Made by a program: the position numbers and the translations under genes
Origin: Octopus sinensis
Taxonomy: Eukaryota
Direction of reading: 5' to 3'
NCBI RefSeq assembly: GCF_006345805.1
Contig: NC_043000.1
Location: 125,860,001 to 125,924,000, forward strand
DNA: 64,000 nt
Shown: piece by piece, positions 25,653 to 38,496 of the stretch
Numbering within the stretch: the stretch's first letter is position 1
Layout of the letters: each line of letters begins with the position of its first letter
Notes under the pieces: generated by a model
Told to the model about the DNA's origin: nothing
Seen by the model: only the letters and a program-made list of their open reading frames with translations
Database searches by the model: none

Positions 25653-27136
25653 AATAAATTATTAACCATCTTACTATAATAAAATAGTGCTTCCTAGGTT
25701 TGAGAATGGTGTGTAAGCCAATAGTTGCTTCCTGTTGTTTAGATATAAAGCTACAAACAGATTTATCTCCCTTGTTTTTGTAGCTGGTGATACTGTTATC
25801 TTGCCAATGTTGGGGAATAGACTCTTGGTCCTACACTTCTGTAATATGCCCCTGGCTGAATATAACAAGACTCACAACATAGCAATCACACCCTCCCTAA
25901 GACAGAACATCAACAGTATTGGATCTTAAACTGAACACAGCTAAAATCCCATTCCATCTAAATAGGACCAACAACAGAAACACTTCTCATTGCATTAAAA
26001 GTCTTACATCAAAATATATGCCTACTTCTTGGTCTCCAGTCACTTTACATATGATTTTTAAACATATTATATTTAACATATTTTAAGCACATTGGCACTT
26101 GTGCCGGTGGCATGTGAAGTAAACATTTGAGCGAGGTCATTGCCAGTGCTGCTGGACTGATTCCTGTGCAGGTGGCACGTAAAAAACCCATTTTCGAGCA
26201 TGGCCATTGCCAGTACCGCCAGACTGGCCCTCATGCTGGTGGCACTTTAAAAGCACCCACTACACTCTCGAAGTGGTTGGCATTAGGAAGGGCATCCAGC
26301 TGTAGAAACTCTGCCAGATCAGATTGAAGCCTGGTGCAGCCATCTGGTTCGCCAGTCCTCAGTCAAATTGTCCAACCCATGCTAGCATAGAAAGCGGACG
26401 TTAAACGATGATGATGATAACTCCACAAGAAACTCTAACATGGCACAACTAAATGCAAATACATCATAAACCTCAAATTGCATACCTATTAATTCTAGCA
26501 ACTATCACAAAACCCTCCTACAATGAACAGCTATACAAAGAGATACATACTTACATCACATAAATCCAAATGCAGAGTTGGCACCGCAGCTCTCTTTTGT
26601 TGCACTTATGTAACCTACACAGCTAGATGCTCATACAAGGTTCCTGGCTTTAAGGGTTTCATGAAGGGCCTGGTTGGAGGCCCAGATTTCCAAGTTCTTC
26701 TACAGGGTTTAGAAAAACTGAAGGATAGCTGCAATATGTGAATCTGAGAGAGGAATATGTTGAATAAAATCATAACTGATTCTCCTGTATTTTCTTTTAC
26801 CCAAAGCCAAGAACTTTTCAGCACCCCTTAATAACTAGATTTTTGGAAGATGGGCTCAGATAGTAGAGAATGGAATTCTCTACATTTCATACGTTGAAGG
26901 GAGACCAATAACTTTGGTATTCACAAAACCAATGCAAACCATGACTGTACTCACAGATCATTTTATATAAGAGGACAAAATATATATATTGTAGTCACAT
27001 TGCACTCAAATACAGAAGTTGTTATTAGTTTGTATCCCCTGGTCAGACCATATATGTTCCATGCATAACTATGACCATATATGCTCCAGTTGTGGCTTTC
27101 CTCTTTTTTGTCCTTTTTCCTGTCAGTGGTCTACAT

Positions 27137-27495
27137 CAGTGTTTCTCAACCTTTTTACCCTTGCGTAACCTTTAAAATAAATAACATGTCTCAAGGAACC
27201 CCTATACAAAAACAAACTATATACCATATCTTTCTCATATTTTTCTTCATCATAGTTTACATGGTAAATATCATACATGTGTATATATACATACTTATAT
27301 ATATATATATATATATATATAATATCCATAGATTACAGACATTGCTAAATATATCCCCAATGGTTGTAATATATTTTGATAACATAATAGGTTAAATAGG
27401 ATGATGTCTATATTACAATCATGAAATTAGCCTATCTCACTCTTTCTCAGAGAACCCCTAGGAACCTTTTGTGGAACCCCGGTTGAGAAACGCTG
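27137..27495. mobile_element. hAT (Charlie-like) MITE
   Basis: 15-bp TIRs cagtgtttctcaacc / ggttgagaaacgctg and a perfect 8-bp TSD gtctacat (27129-27136 and 27496-27503). Confidence 0.88.
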
Positions 27496-29514
27496 GTCTA
27501 CATTAACTAATGTCAACTTTCCTTTAAAATAACAAGGTGTATTTTGAAGGAGATTTGGTTGTTGTTTTTGCATGTCAAGCAACAGTACAAAGGTTCTTTT
27601 GTTGGTTATGTTAATAGTAGTAGTGCTAACAGCAGGAACTTTATATCACCAGCTTTTGCAGTAATCACTCTCCCTCCCTCCCCCTCTCTGTTTTCTCTCT
27701 CTCTCTTTATTTCTCTCTCTCTCCCTCCTTCCTTCCCCTTCTCTGTTTTCTCTTCCTCTCTCTGTTTTCTCTCCTTATTTCTCTCTCGCTCTCTCGTATT
27801 CAATTCTGAAGAGGCCAAAAAAATGAGCTTTCATTTTATAGCCCTACTAATCCTTTCATAATTACTGCAGGTCAAGACACGTAAAAAAGGAGAGTAATTT
27901 CCTTGTAATAAATAAATATAACAAAATAATAAATATCCGGCATCTCTTCAATCTTTGGCATTATTCCTGCTGTACTTACAGTAGTGCAGACAGCAACGGC
28001 TTAATTCGCCACACACACTCACCTCACTTTTCCATGTTGAAATCCAGTCAGTTAAAGTGTTATAGAATATTGATGAAGTAAATCATCGATTATGTCCCTT
28101 ACATCTTCTAACTGCGAAGTGGGTGTTCTTGGGAAAATAAAATTCTTGGTATGTTATTTTCGATTTGGAGATAACAGAATTCAACAACTTGCTAAATAAT
28201 GTATTTAATTTTTTTCTATGTAAATAGCTATAGATATCCCTACAGTCTTTTTTTTTTCTTTAGTGAATCACATTTTTTTAACATATTTTAACAGGAAGAA
28301 AAGAAAGATTAAACTTCTAAAGTGCAAAAGATCAAATTTTGTATTTACAAAACCAATGCAAACCATGGCTGTACTCACAGATCATTTTATATAAGAGGAC
28401 AAAATATAATATATTATTGATATTTGCTAGAAAAAGTGAGAAAAAAAGAACCCCCATAACTACCTCACCAAGGAAACAAAGAAAAAGTTAAAAAAGAGGA
28501 GGGAGAATTAAGCAGCAGAATATGGTGGGGAGAGAGTAAAGGCGTGTACATCCCAGAAGAAATGGTTTGTTCAATTGCCCCTTAAAGATGTAATTGCAAA
28601 GGCATCGCCACAGAGAATGGCCTGCAACACTCACTGTAACAGCCACCTCCACCTCACATGACTCATTTTTCAAGTGGGCTGCAGTGACTGAAGATGCAGT
28701 ACAGGTTTATCAATACACAGTAAAGATACCAGGGTGCCTTATCATAGTATGTGATGAAAGCAAAGTCTGTCACCTGATATGATTTTGTTGAGTTTTAGTG
28801 TTTTAACTACCTTTATAGTGAACCACTTAACTGCCAAGCTACTGAGGCTAGGAGACTTTTATGTAAACGTTTGACTAGGTTTTTTTTTTCTTAAATTTTT
28901 CCCCCCTTTAAATAGGGACTTTGCAAACACTTCCTAGTTATTGACACCATTGTCTGAAGAAATGATTGAATGTTAGATATTAGCAACAGAAGCAATATTA
29001 TTACCAAATGTCCTACTTAGCATGGATGTCTTATAAGAATGCCATAATATTGCAGTATTTATCCAGAGAAAATCTCTCCTATAAGCACATCATCATCATC
29101 GTTTAACGTCCGTTTTCCATGCTAGCATGGGTTGGATGGTTCAACCAGGGTCTGGGAAGCCAAGAAGCTACACCAGGCTCCAGTCTGATCTGGCAGTGTT
29201 TCTACAGCTGGATGCCCTTCCTAACACCAACCACTCCATGAGTGTAATGGGTGCTTTTTACATGCCACTGACACGGGCCAGAGGAGGCTGGCAACGTCCC
29301 CGATTGGTTGGTGCTTTTTACTTGCCACCAGCACAGGTTTCACAACTACCTTGTGTATAAAAGCACAGATATCAGTAGCAGGAAGAAGTGTCCAGCAGTA
29401 GTGTCAGAACTGTTGTTATCACATGATTTCAGTATTTTGCACCTCATCAGTAATAGACGTCTGCTAACAAGTTTGTTGTTACCATCATTAAGAAGGCTGT
29501 GCTAAAGCACCCAT

Positions 29515-29718
29515 AACCCTTTCATTGAAATACACTGCCGTTGTTTCAATTTATTTTGAAAAGGATTGAGGATAACTTTGTCAATATTAAGCAAGTGTTT
29601 CAAATTTGAATTAACATGAAATTTTGATACACGGTTTTAATTCTAATCACTGTAAAAACAGGGCATTTATATCATAAAACTGGGGGCTGTTTCAAGTGGG
29701 TTGGTATCAAAAGGGTTA
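29515..29718. mobile_element. piggyBac-like MITE remnant
   Basis: Ends ...ggtatcaaaagggTTAA. Related ends occur at about 30986 (gaaagggttaa) and 45443 (ttaacccttttggtac). Confidence 0.45.
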
Positions 29719-30213
29719 AACATAGGTTTGCTTGATTCAGGTCTGAACTGGGCTAAACAATAGCTTGTGTGTGTGTGTAGAAGTTAACCACCTCCCTCCC
29801 ACATTTATGGATGCTACTGCTGTGATGTCATTACCTATAGATGTGATAGTAGCCTAATGGCAGCAGGGATGCAACCAATCAACCTGTCATGTGAATATAT
29901 TTCACCAAAGCAATCATAGGTTTATTTTTTCGTTTTAGTAGGATTTTCATTTGACAGGGTGCTTAACTCTGTTTCACTTAACATAGTCATCTGAATCAAG
30001 TATTCACCATATCCTTACCTCAGCTTTCGTATTATCAGGTATATTTCTTAAATTAATTTTTCAACATCAAGGTAGCTATTCTCTTTTTATAAGAAACTTT
30101 TCTGTGATGAGGAAAGAGTTGGCTTCTATTTAAAAATTCTGTTTGTTATACAAAATCAATATTGAATAGACTTGTATGTCTACTCTCCTGCAAAATGCTC
30201 ATGAAAGTATTTA

Positions 30214-30694
30214 CCTTAAATACTCGAGTATAGTCCGCCCTTGAGTATAATACGCAGGGGATTTTTAGGGGACTGTACCTCTGAAAGACCTAAACCTTGT
30301 GTATAATACTCACCCCTTCTCTAACTTGAGTCAAGGAGGTCTATATAACGTCCTTGGTTTGTAAAAATGTATACGGTAACATCCTTTATTACTATTTTAT
30401 ATATAACGTAATGCAAATGTGTAGCTTTTTTGTGCATTTTCTTTGCAGAAAATAAAGAAATAACAGTAATAACGTTTAATAAATGTTGCTAACTGCAAGT
30501 TATGGATGATTTAAGGTATTTTCGTGCCCGACATCACAAAATGCATCTGAATAAACATTACCGGAGATCAAATAGAGATTCAGACATTGCTTAGAAAATA
30601 ATTTTCATTTTTAACCTCGTATATGGTACAGACTAGGGATTTTGACCTTTAAATTTGGGGGAAAAAAATGCAGATTATACTCGAGAATTTACGG
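30214..30694. mobile_element. Tc1/mariner-type MITE
   Basis: Imperfect TIRs ccttaaatactcgagtata / tatactcgagaatttacgg, each flanked by TA. Confidence 0.72.
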
Positions 30695-31285
30695 TACTTG
30701 ATGTTGAATAGACCTCTGATTAAAAGCATTCCTGTTATTACCAACCCACCCTTTCCTCAACTACCCTGTATTTAATACTATGTAATCCATTAAAAACTCA
30801 GATATCATTTTTTTAAGATGCTAACTTACCTGAGACTCCCCTTGATTTTCTGATACAAACTTATGTTAGAAACACAAGATTAACAAATGACAAAGTCATC
30901 TTATTAAATTCTTTCATTATTTTTTAAATTAAGTGAAATGAAGGCAGTGTATTATTTCATTGAAAATATGGCAATGAAAGGGTTAAAAGAAATTTCACTG
31001 ATATTTCTAGCTGTTCGTGTTATCCCATACTGATTGCCATGATAGCTGTTTTTACATACTTTGGGCATGAATTTTATTATATGAACTAAAAGTAGTAACA
31101 TATGCAATTAAAAAAATATTTTGTGTTCTAAGATGTAAGCTAGCTGGCATAACTCACCTGTTTTCATTTCTGCAATTTACAATTATCTCCCATTATTCCA
31201 AGAAAACACGAAATCCATATTTTCTCAAGAAGCATATTTTGTTTGTATATTTAATTTCAATACTTTCAGCTTAATAACTTTTTTT

Positions 31286-31600
31286 GTGGAGGCGCAATGG
31301 CCCAGTGATTAGGGCAGCGGACTCGCGGTCGGAGGATCGTGGTTTTGATTCCCAGACCGGGCGTTGTGTGTGTTTATTGAGCGAAAACACCTAAAGCTCC
31401 ACGAAGCTCCGGCAGGAGGTGGTAGCGACCCCTGTTGTACTCTTTCGCCCCAACTTTCTCTCACTCTCTCTTCCTGTTTCTTGAGTAATGCTGCAATAGA
31501 CTGGCATCCCGTCCAGCTGGAAACACATACGCCATAGAAACCGAGAAACTGGGCCCATGAGCCTGACTAGGCTTGAAAAGGGCACATAAATAAATAAAAA
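31286..31600 (+). mobile_element. tRNA-derived SINE family E
   Basis: Homologous to 13072-13375; ends in an A-rich (AAAT)n tail. Confidence 0.75.
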
Positions 31601-32711
31601 AATTTTTTAATTAATGACTTTTACAATATTTTGTGTATTTAAGTGATACATAATCCTCTGGTTCGTCCAGGAAGGCTATAACTTTGAATAAGAGTTGACT
31701 CAAACCATAAAAACTTGTCCAGTCTATGCCAGCTTAGAAAAAAACATTATCATAATTCTACCCCCTCACTTTCAAATCTTATTATACTACAGATATTACA
31801 GATACCAGCTGTATTAATAATAATTTTTTTCTTATAAATACCCTATTGTCCATATGTTAATAAAAAGACGAGAAGAAAAATCTAAGAACTAGTCTTAATT
31901 TTAATAATGTTCATGTGGACAAAATTTTAAAAACATACAAAAATAATTTAATTGCTGTCATCATTGTTGTTGTCTTTCTTTTAAAAATTCAGGCAATCAT
32001 GTGTAGACACATCTACAATACATCATTTTTATGTATTTCTGCCTCTTATAATTTCTACAATATTATATTACTAAATCCTTGGTCTGCTTCTGTCTTGGAT
32101 AATGAATTACACTTTCCTGTCCAGAATGCACCAGCCATTTGCAATACATTCATCCTCATTTATCACAGAGGTTTAGTTTCAAACAGAACACAATGATAAA
32201 TTAATCAGTGCTAATGAATCATCTCTATGCACTTTGTAAATGGAATGAATGGTAGATTCATCAATATCAAATGGCCCCAAAGCTTCTACAGTCAAGTATT
32301 TTCATGGTTATCTGTACCTTTTCCTCTAGCGAACACACTCATCTGCATTGTTTTTTTAGGGTCAGGGTCCGGGTCCTTTCTATTTTTTCTGTTGATTGGT
32401 TCCGTGTTGATGGGTATGAGTTTGTAAATCCATATGAAAAATACGCAGCCTCACAGCTTGGTAAAGTAAATACAAGTTATAGTCAGTGCATTCAGAGTAG
32501 CTGAGCTTCGTGAATGCTGGCTGGGGCATATCTTTGTAGTACAAGCAGAATCTTCGACTCATTGCCTATTTGCATTAATCACAGATCAATCTGCAATAAG
32601 CATAACATGGTTTGCAACTGAGCATACCATGTTACCTCAGATCAGTGATAAGAGAATCAGTTATGAGCAAGACTTCATTTACATATTTATTCCAGACTAG
32701 ATATCTTCACA

Positions 32712-33190
32712 TAATAATAATAATAATGAAATTATTGTATACAGTGCTCAGGTGCACCACAACTTGTCAAAAGTGCATATAAAGCATATGCAGTAATGTA
32801 CAAATATCTGGGAAGTGAACAGTGTATGAGTCAGATACATGTTTGTGTGTGTATGGAGGGGAGAAAATCAGGTGTAGTGTTGGCGAATCATAGGAAGCAT
32901 GGAAGTTTTGAAGGATGCAGTGCTCCGACAACTAACAACTGATGCCGGCAGTTTGTTCAATGTTTCAGCAACTCTTAGTGTGAAAAAATGTTTCCGAAAG
33001 TCATGGGAGTTGTGCTGTTTTCTGACTTTGTAAACATGTCCACGGGTGTTAATTGAACAGGTAGAGTTTGAAAAGGTGCTCAGAGTAAGATGGTTAATAA
33101 TTTTATGGGTGTCTACCAAGTCAGCTGCCAGACGTCAGAGTTTCAATGTATCCATGCCCAGAGAAGTAAGGCGTTCAGAATATGGCAAAT
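32712..33190 (-). mobile_element. 5'-truncated CR1 LINE 3' fragment
   Basis: ORF 32868..33119 is the ORF2 C-terminus; the (AAT)n tail is at about 32712. Confidence 0.88.
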
Positions 33191-33411
33191 GCCTGATGGA
33201 AGGTATTCTCTTGGTTGCATCCACACAATCAACTAAAGACCTTCCTACCCATTTAATTTCTCAATTTATATACTTTAAATTAAACATTCAAAATATGGTA
33301 TCCTCTCCTTCTTTAATCATTTGGGAGACTCATTTTTCACTATTCATGTTTAATTATATGCATTATCACATCTCATGTAGCCAAACTTTGTTGTGTGGAG
33401 AGAACATTTAC

Positions 33412-33850
33412 ATAACTGATTTGGCAGACACCCATAAAATTATTAACTATCTTACAAACAATAACTCCGAGCATATTTTCAAACTCCACCTGTCTAACAC
33501 CCGTGGACATGTTTACAAAGTCAGAAAACAGCACAGCTCCCATGACTTTCAGAAACATTTTTTCACACTAAGAGTTGCTGAAGCATGGAACAAACTGCCG
33601 GCATCAGTTGTTAGTTGTCGGAGCACTGCATCCTTCAGAACTTCCATGCTTCTTGAGATTTGCCAACACTACACCTGATTTTCTCCTCTCCATAAACACA
33701 CAAGCATGTATCTGACTCATACACTGTTCACATTCCAGATATTTGTACATTACTGCATATGCTTTATATGCACTTTTGACAAGTTGTGGTGCACCTGAGC
33801 ACTGTATACAATAATTTCATTATTATTATTATATTATTATTATTATTATT
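33412..33850 (+). mobile_element. 5'-truncated CR1 LINE 3' fragment
   Basis: ORF2 C-terminus (LADTHKIINYL...WNKLPASVV), hairpin and (ATT)n tail. Confidence 0.88.
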
Positions 33851-33990
33851 CAGTAGTTTTATTTTTATAGCGTGCTTTCACTTCACTACTGAGCGCAGCT
33901 CTGTGTGCCTTGGGTATGTGCTGTGATTTGTTGTGATGCTCTGGTGATTACTGTATTGAAAGTGTTCTGCGTAGGATGTGTGTTATTATT
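33850..33990 (-). mobile_element. Probable 3' end of a different LINE/SINE sharing the (ATT)n tail tail-to-tail with the CR1 fragment
   Basis: A GC-richer block ending, on the minus strand, in ...ataaaactactgaataataat. Confidence 0.4.
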
Positions 33991-34644
33991 ATTATTATAA
34001 CTTTTAGAAATAAATGCAATTCTCTGAACTTATTCCATCTGTATCAACCGTTACATTTGCTTCAAGTTTTGCATCTTTACCTTTCTTATCACTTTGTGTA
34101 CTCATTGTTTCACTGAGTATTGACTAGTTTTATACACTCCTTCCTCGCAAAGTTACAATCATATCAGGAATGCTTTCCTCATGGATGCTGAACTAACTAT
34201 AACTAATTCTGTGATACACACACACGTCTACACAGACATCCAATCCAAACACCACTTTTCCTTTTTTTTTTGTTAGAAAATTTATTGTTATTCTTGACCC
34301 TTTTATTTAGTTTTTGCTTCTTTTTTTTTAATCAAGGGAGCCTCTTCATGGCTGTTCAGTAAATAGCAGCTAAACATCCATCGGGAGACACATCACTGCT
34401 CTTTTGGAAGGACACCCTGGATGATTTAGTCTTTTAAGTACAAAAAGATGAGATGGTCACAGTGGGAATGCCTATGATTATATGTCTCCTCAATCAGGGC
34501 TCCCGTTTGTCTAAGATACAACAATGACAACCTGTTGTCATTGACAGTTCCAACAATCATTTAGCTAGAAGACTAATGAGCATTAGTTTTTATTACAAAA
34601 CCTCTGCATCTACAAATGATATTCTTTTTAAGCTAAAATGTCTG

Positions 34645-35086
34645 CTCTTTTACTCTTTACTCTTTTACTTGTTTCAGTCATTTGACTGTGGCCATGCTGG
34701 AGCACCGCCTTTAGTCATGCAAATCAATCCCTAGGACTTATTCTTTGTAAGCCTAGTATTTATTCTATCGGTCTCTTATGCCGAACAGCTAAGTTATGGG
34801 GATGTAAACACACTAGCATCAGTTGTCAAGCGATGTTGGGGGGATAAACACAGACATACAAACATATGCACACACACATACATACATACATACATATATA
34901 TATGTATATATACAGATATACGACGGGCTTCTTTCAGTTTCCGTCTACCAGATCCACTCACAAGGCTTTGGTCGGCCCCAGGTTATAGTAGAAGACACTT
35001 GCTCAAGGTGCCATGCAGTGTGACTGAACCTGGAACCATGTGGTTCATAAGCAAGCTACTTACCTCACAGCCACTCCTACGCCTAT
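34645..35086 (-). mobile_element. SINE family A
   Basis: Full-length reverse copy with a (GAGTAAAA)-like tail. Confidence 0.82.
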
Positions 35087-36781
35087 GTCCCTTTAAAGTT
35101 TTCACCAGTACCAAGGATGGGTAAAGACCCAGAAACTATGTTCTACTGGTCTTGTCAAGCTGGAGCGAAGTGATTTGCTCCTTTACAATATATCAGATAC
35201 TGGTTGTGTGATGTTAAACAGCTGGAAAATATGTTTTCCTGGGGTTAAAATGTAATAACATAGTTCTGCATGGAACAGTCACGTTATAGTGACAAAAATA
35301 TTACTGTCTAGTGTTGTTACTACTTATATCTCATTTAGAGAAGTACCCATAGTTCTGAATTCTTCCAAGCTTCCCCAAACCTGTAAGTTTAATACAGTTA
35401 CAATGCATTTTTTGTAAGCTGAGTGGACTGCAACAATGTGAAATAAAGTGTCTTGCTAAAGGACACAGTGTGCTACCAGGAATTGAACTGATGACCTTAT
35501 GATAGTGAGCCAAATACCCTAACCACTAAGCCATGTGCCTTCACAGCTAGCCCACTACTATTAAATAACAAGACTGCTATTGTTTCTCTCACATATTTTT
35601 GGTGCTGATGAAAGATATTTCATATTGCTTAGTGTTTTCAGACAATTTTAGCTCTTCTCTGCAATCCTGTTTTAACTTGCTACAGCTTTATAGCTTGGAA
35701 ATATTCAAGACTAGACTTCTCTTGTAGGATGTCATTAGCAATAAGCTGTCTTTCTAATTACTGATTTCACTTCAGATAATTAACTTCCACTGTAAGTACT
35801 CTCGTGAGTTTTAGTTGACAGGTGTATTGATGCCATCTGGTTAATTTCTTTTATTCTCATTGATCTACCTGCAGTTTTGTTCAGTGAATATTCCAATTGA
35901 TGTTTTCATCTGTGTAAACATAACTTTTGTTGCTGTAATAATTATTGTTGTCATCGTTAAATACTTTCCGTTTGGTAATCTGTTCTTTCATACAGTGTAT
36001 TCACAATAAAAGTATATAGAGTATTTCAAATCTCAAAATGAGGTTTTTTTCAGTCGTCGATGATAGTAAAGTACCCATGACACCAAAGAATTAAATATTT
36101 CTCTATAATACTAATTGTAACTTTACTAAATTATGATTAGTGTGTTAGCCTTCTTTTTTCTCACCAAATCTATGTCAATGCTGTAATCTTTCTGCTATTA
36201 TCCATTTTATACACTGTTGCTGTTGGGAGGGAATAAAGAGAATTTTTTTAAAAAGTGAAGATGCGGCTCTTACAAAATTTGTTGTTCGTGTGATGATGTA
36301 GTCATTGCCTGGAAACCATAATTATCTCAACCATCTCGTTATTCTAGTGGCAGCAAATTAGTTTGATTTGTAATACATCAAAGATCTTCTCGTCCAAAGA
36401 CTTTATCAAAAGTTATCGTAACTTCCTGTTTGAAGATGAGTTCAGTCAGATTTTAATAGTCCTCTAGCATAAAAGAATCTTTACATTTTAATTTGAATGC
36501 AAGATGTAGAACAGAATTTGTTAATGTTGACTAATACAAATTCATGGCCAAAAAGGTGACTCTTTATAGATTGAATGTGGTATACATTGGTTCGATAAAT
36601 TCCCTTTTGAACTGCACTTCAAAGATACTTTTTATTGTGTGTGTGTGTGTTTGTGAGTGTACACATATATGTATCATGTTTATACAATGTTAAATATTTC
36701 CATTTAAAATCGTTCTAGGTTTACATATTTTTGAATTACCTTTGTAAATTTAATTTTTAATTTTATTTATTTTCTTTCTAG

Positions 36782-36916
36782 GAAAGACACAAGGCTTTGG
36801 AAAATATGGGAATATCTGTCCAGACTTCTGGAATCAAAGTTGAACAGAGCCGTTTTTATTTAGTCAACCTAAACGCTGATCCTTCTCTCAATGAACTTTT
36901 GGTCTATTACTTAAAA
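36782..36916 (+). CDS. KIF13A: KIF13 exon: pre-FHA linker (ERHKALENMGISVQTSGIKVEQSRFYLVNLNADPSLNELLVYYLK)
   Basis: Acceptor tttctttctag| at 36781 and donor AAA|gtaagt at 36917. The exon is 135 nt, phase 0/0. GIS...SGIKV and LVNLNADP.LNELLVYYLK are typical of KIF13/Khc-73. The next (FHA) exon was not found before 64000, so this intron exceeds 27 kb. Confidence 0.96.
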
Positions 36917-38124
36917 GTAAGTGAATATTTTATGATTGTATTTGAGATTTATCTTGAATGCCAGATTTGTTGACTGGCTCAAATTGCTCTTGTATTTCAG
37001 TTCTTGGTGTTATTATATTATGTATTATATCGATTCCGCTGAAGGCAGTGAACTGAATTTTGTCTTAAACAGTGCTTTACCAATCCTCTTTGTGCTTCTC
37101 TCTGGAGTGTCATTAAAAGAAGAACTTCTCACAGTTCCATTTCTTAAACGTTATGTCATAACTCAGTTCCAGGTTCCTAGTTCTCTACTTACGAGGGCAA
37201 GAATGACAAGGGATTCGGTCTTAACTCAGCTAAATAAATATCACAAGGGCTTTTTGCCTATTGAATTTCTTGCTAAATGACATAAATGTGTATGTGTACA
37301 CACACACACACATACATGTATGCATACCCTCACACACACACACACATACGCACACACAAGCATAGTATTGGTAAAATAAAGAAAATGTATTTGGGATATT
37401 ATGTATTATAAAATATACAAGCATTTCAGCAAGTTATTACCAAACTTGTTGAAAACATTTTATCATCTTAGTTCCTTCTCTTCAATGTTTAGCAAGAAAT
37501 ACATATCATATATATTTATATACACATGCTTATATGACAATCTTCCATATAGATTCCATTTACCAAATTCCATTCACAAGTTATTGATGGAGTTGAAGCT
37601 ATAGTAGAAAACACTTTGACATAAGTGCTGTGCAGAGGAATCAACCAGAGAGAACAAGATTCTAAAGAGAAATTCTTAATCTCAACTTTACTTTCAGCCA
37701 CGTGGGGAAACAAATATTCCAGAAGCCTTATACTTTAGAAACTAATCATTTTCAATTTATTTCTTGGTATTTCAATTCCACTTAATGAGATTATTCAAAA
37801 GCAATAAGAATTAACCATACGTTATTAATAATAATTTCTCAACTTCTCTAAGCCTTTTTTTTTTTTCTTTTAAATTTCTACTCAGGATTATGTTGGTGTT
37901 AATTACAACTACATGGATTTTAGAAAACCCTACATAAATATCAGCTTTTTCACATAATTGCAGTTGTAAATTTGAAATAGATATATTTCAGATTTCAAGC
38001 AGTTAATTATATTGGAATCAAACTGGGTAACTTTTGCTCTGCAGTTGTTAATTTAATATTTTCACTGAAGACCATAGGATACCCAAAAGCCATTTCTAAC
38101 TTATTAGGTACATTTCACAGCTTG

Positions 38125-38496
38125 CTCTTTTACTTGTTTCAGTCATTTTTTTTACTGTGGCCATGCTGGAGCACTGCCTTTAGTGTTGAATAAATCGACC
38201 CCAGGACTTATTCTTTGTAAGCCTAGTACTTATTCTATCGGTTCTCTTTTGCTGAACCGCTAATGTTACAGGGATGTAAACACACCAACACTGGTTGTCA
38301 CGTTATGGTGGGGGACAAACACAGATACACACACATGGGCTTCTTTGAGTTTCCATCTACCAAATCCACTCACAAGGCTTTGGTCGGCTCGAGGCTATAG
38401 AAGAAGACACTTGCCCAAGGTGCCACTCAGTGGGGCTGAACCCAGAACCATGTGGTTGAGAAGCAAGCTTCTTACCACACAGCCACACCTGCACCT
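38125..38496 (-). mobile_element. SINE family A
   Basis: Reverse copy. Further partial copies lie near 5310-5485, 10425-10700, 17322-17437, 20735-20890, 39160-39285, 40890-41020 and 42880-43090. Confidence 0.8.

Noticed and set aside
32481-32522. Hairpin agtcagtgcattca...tgaatgctggct as a possible pre-miRNA
   Set aside because: The stem is too short and bulged for a confident call, and I recognise no mature miRNA.
36285-36420. GTGATGA as a possible C/D snoRNA C-box upstream of exon 4
   Set aside because: No appropriately placed CTGA D-box or terminal stem was found.
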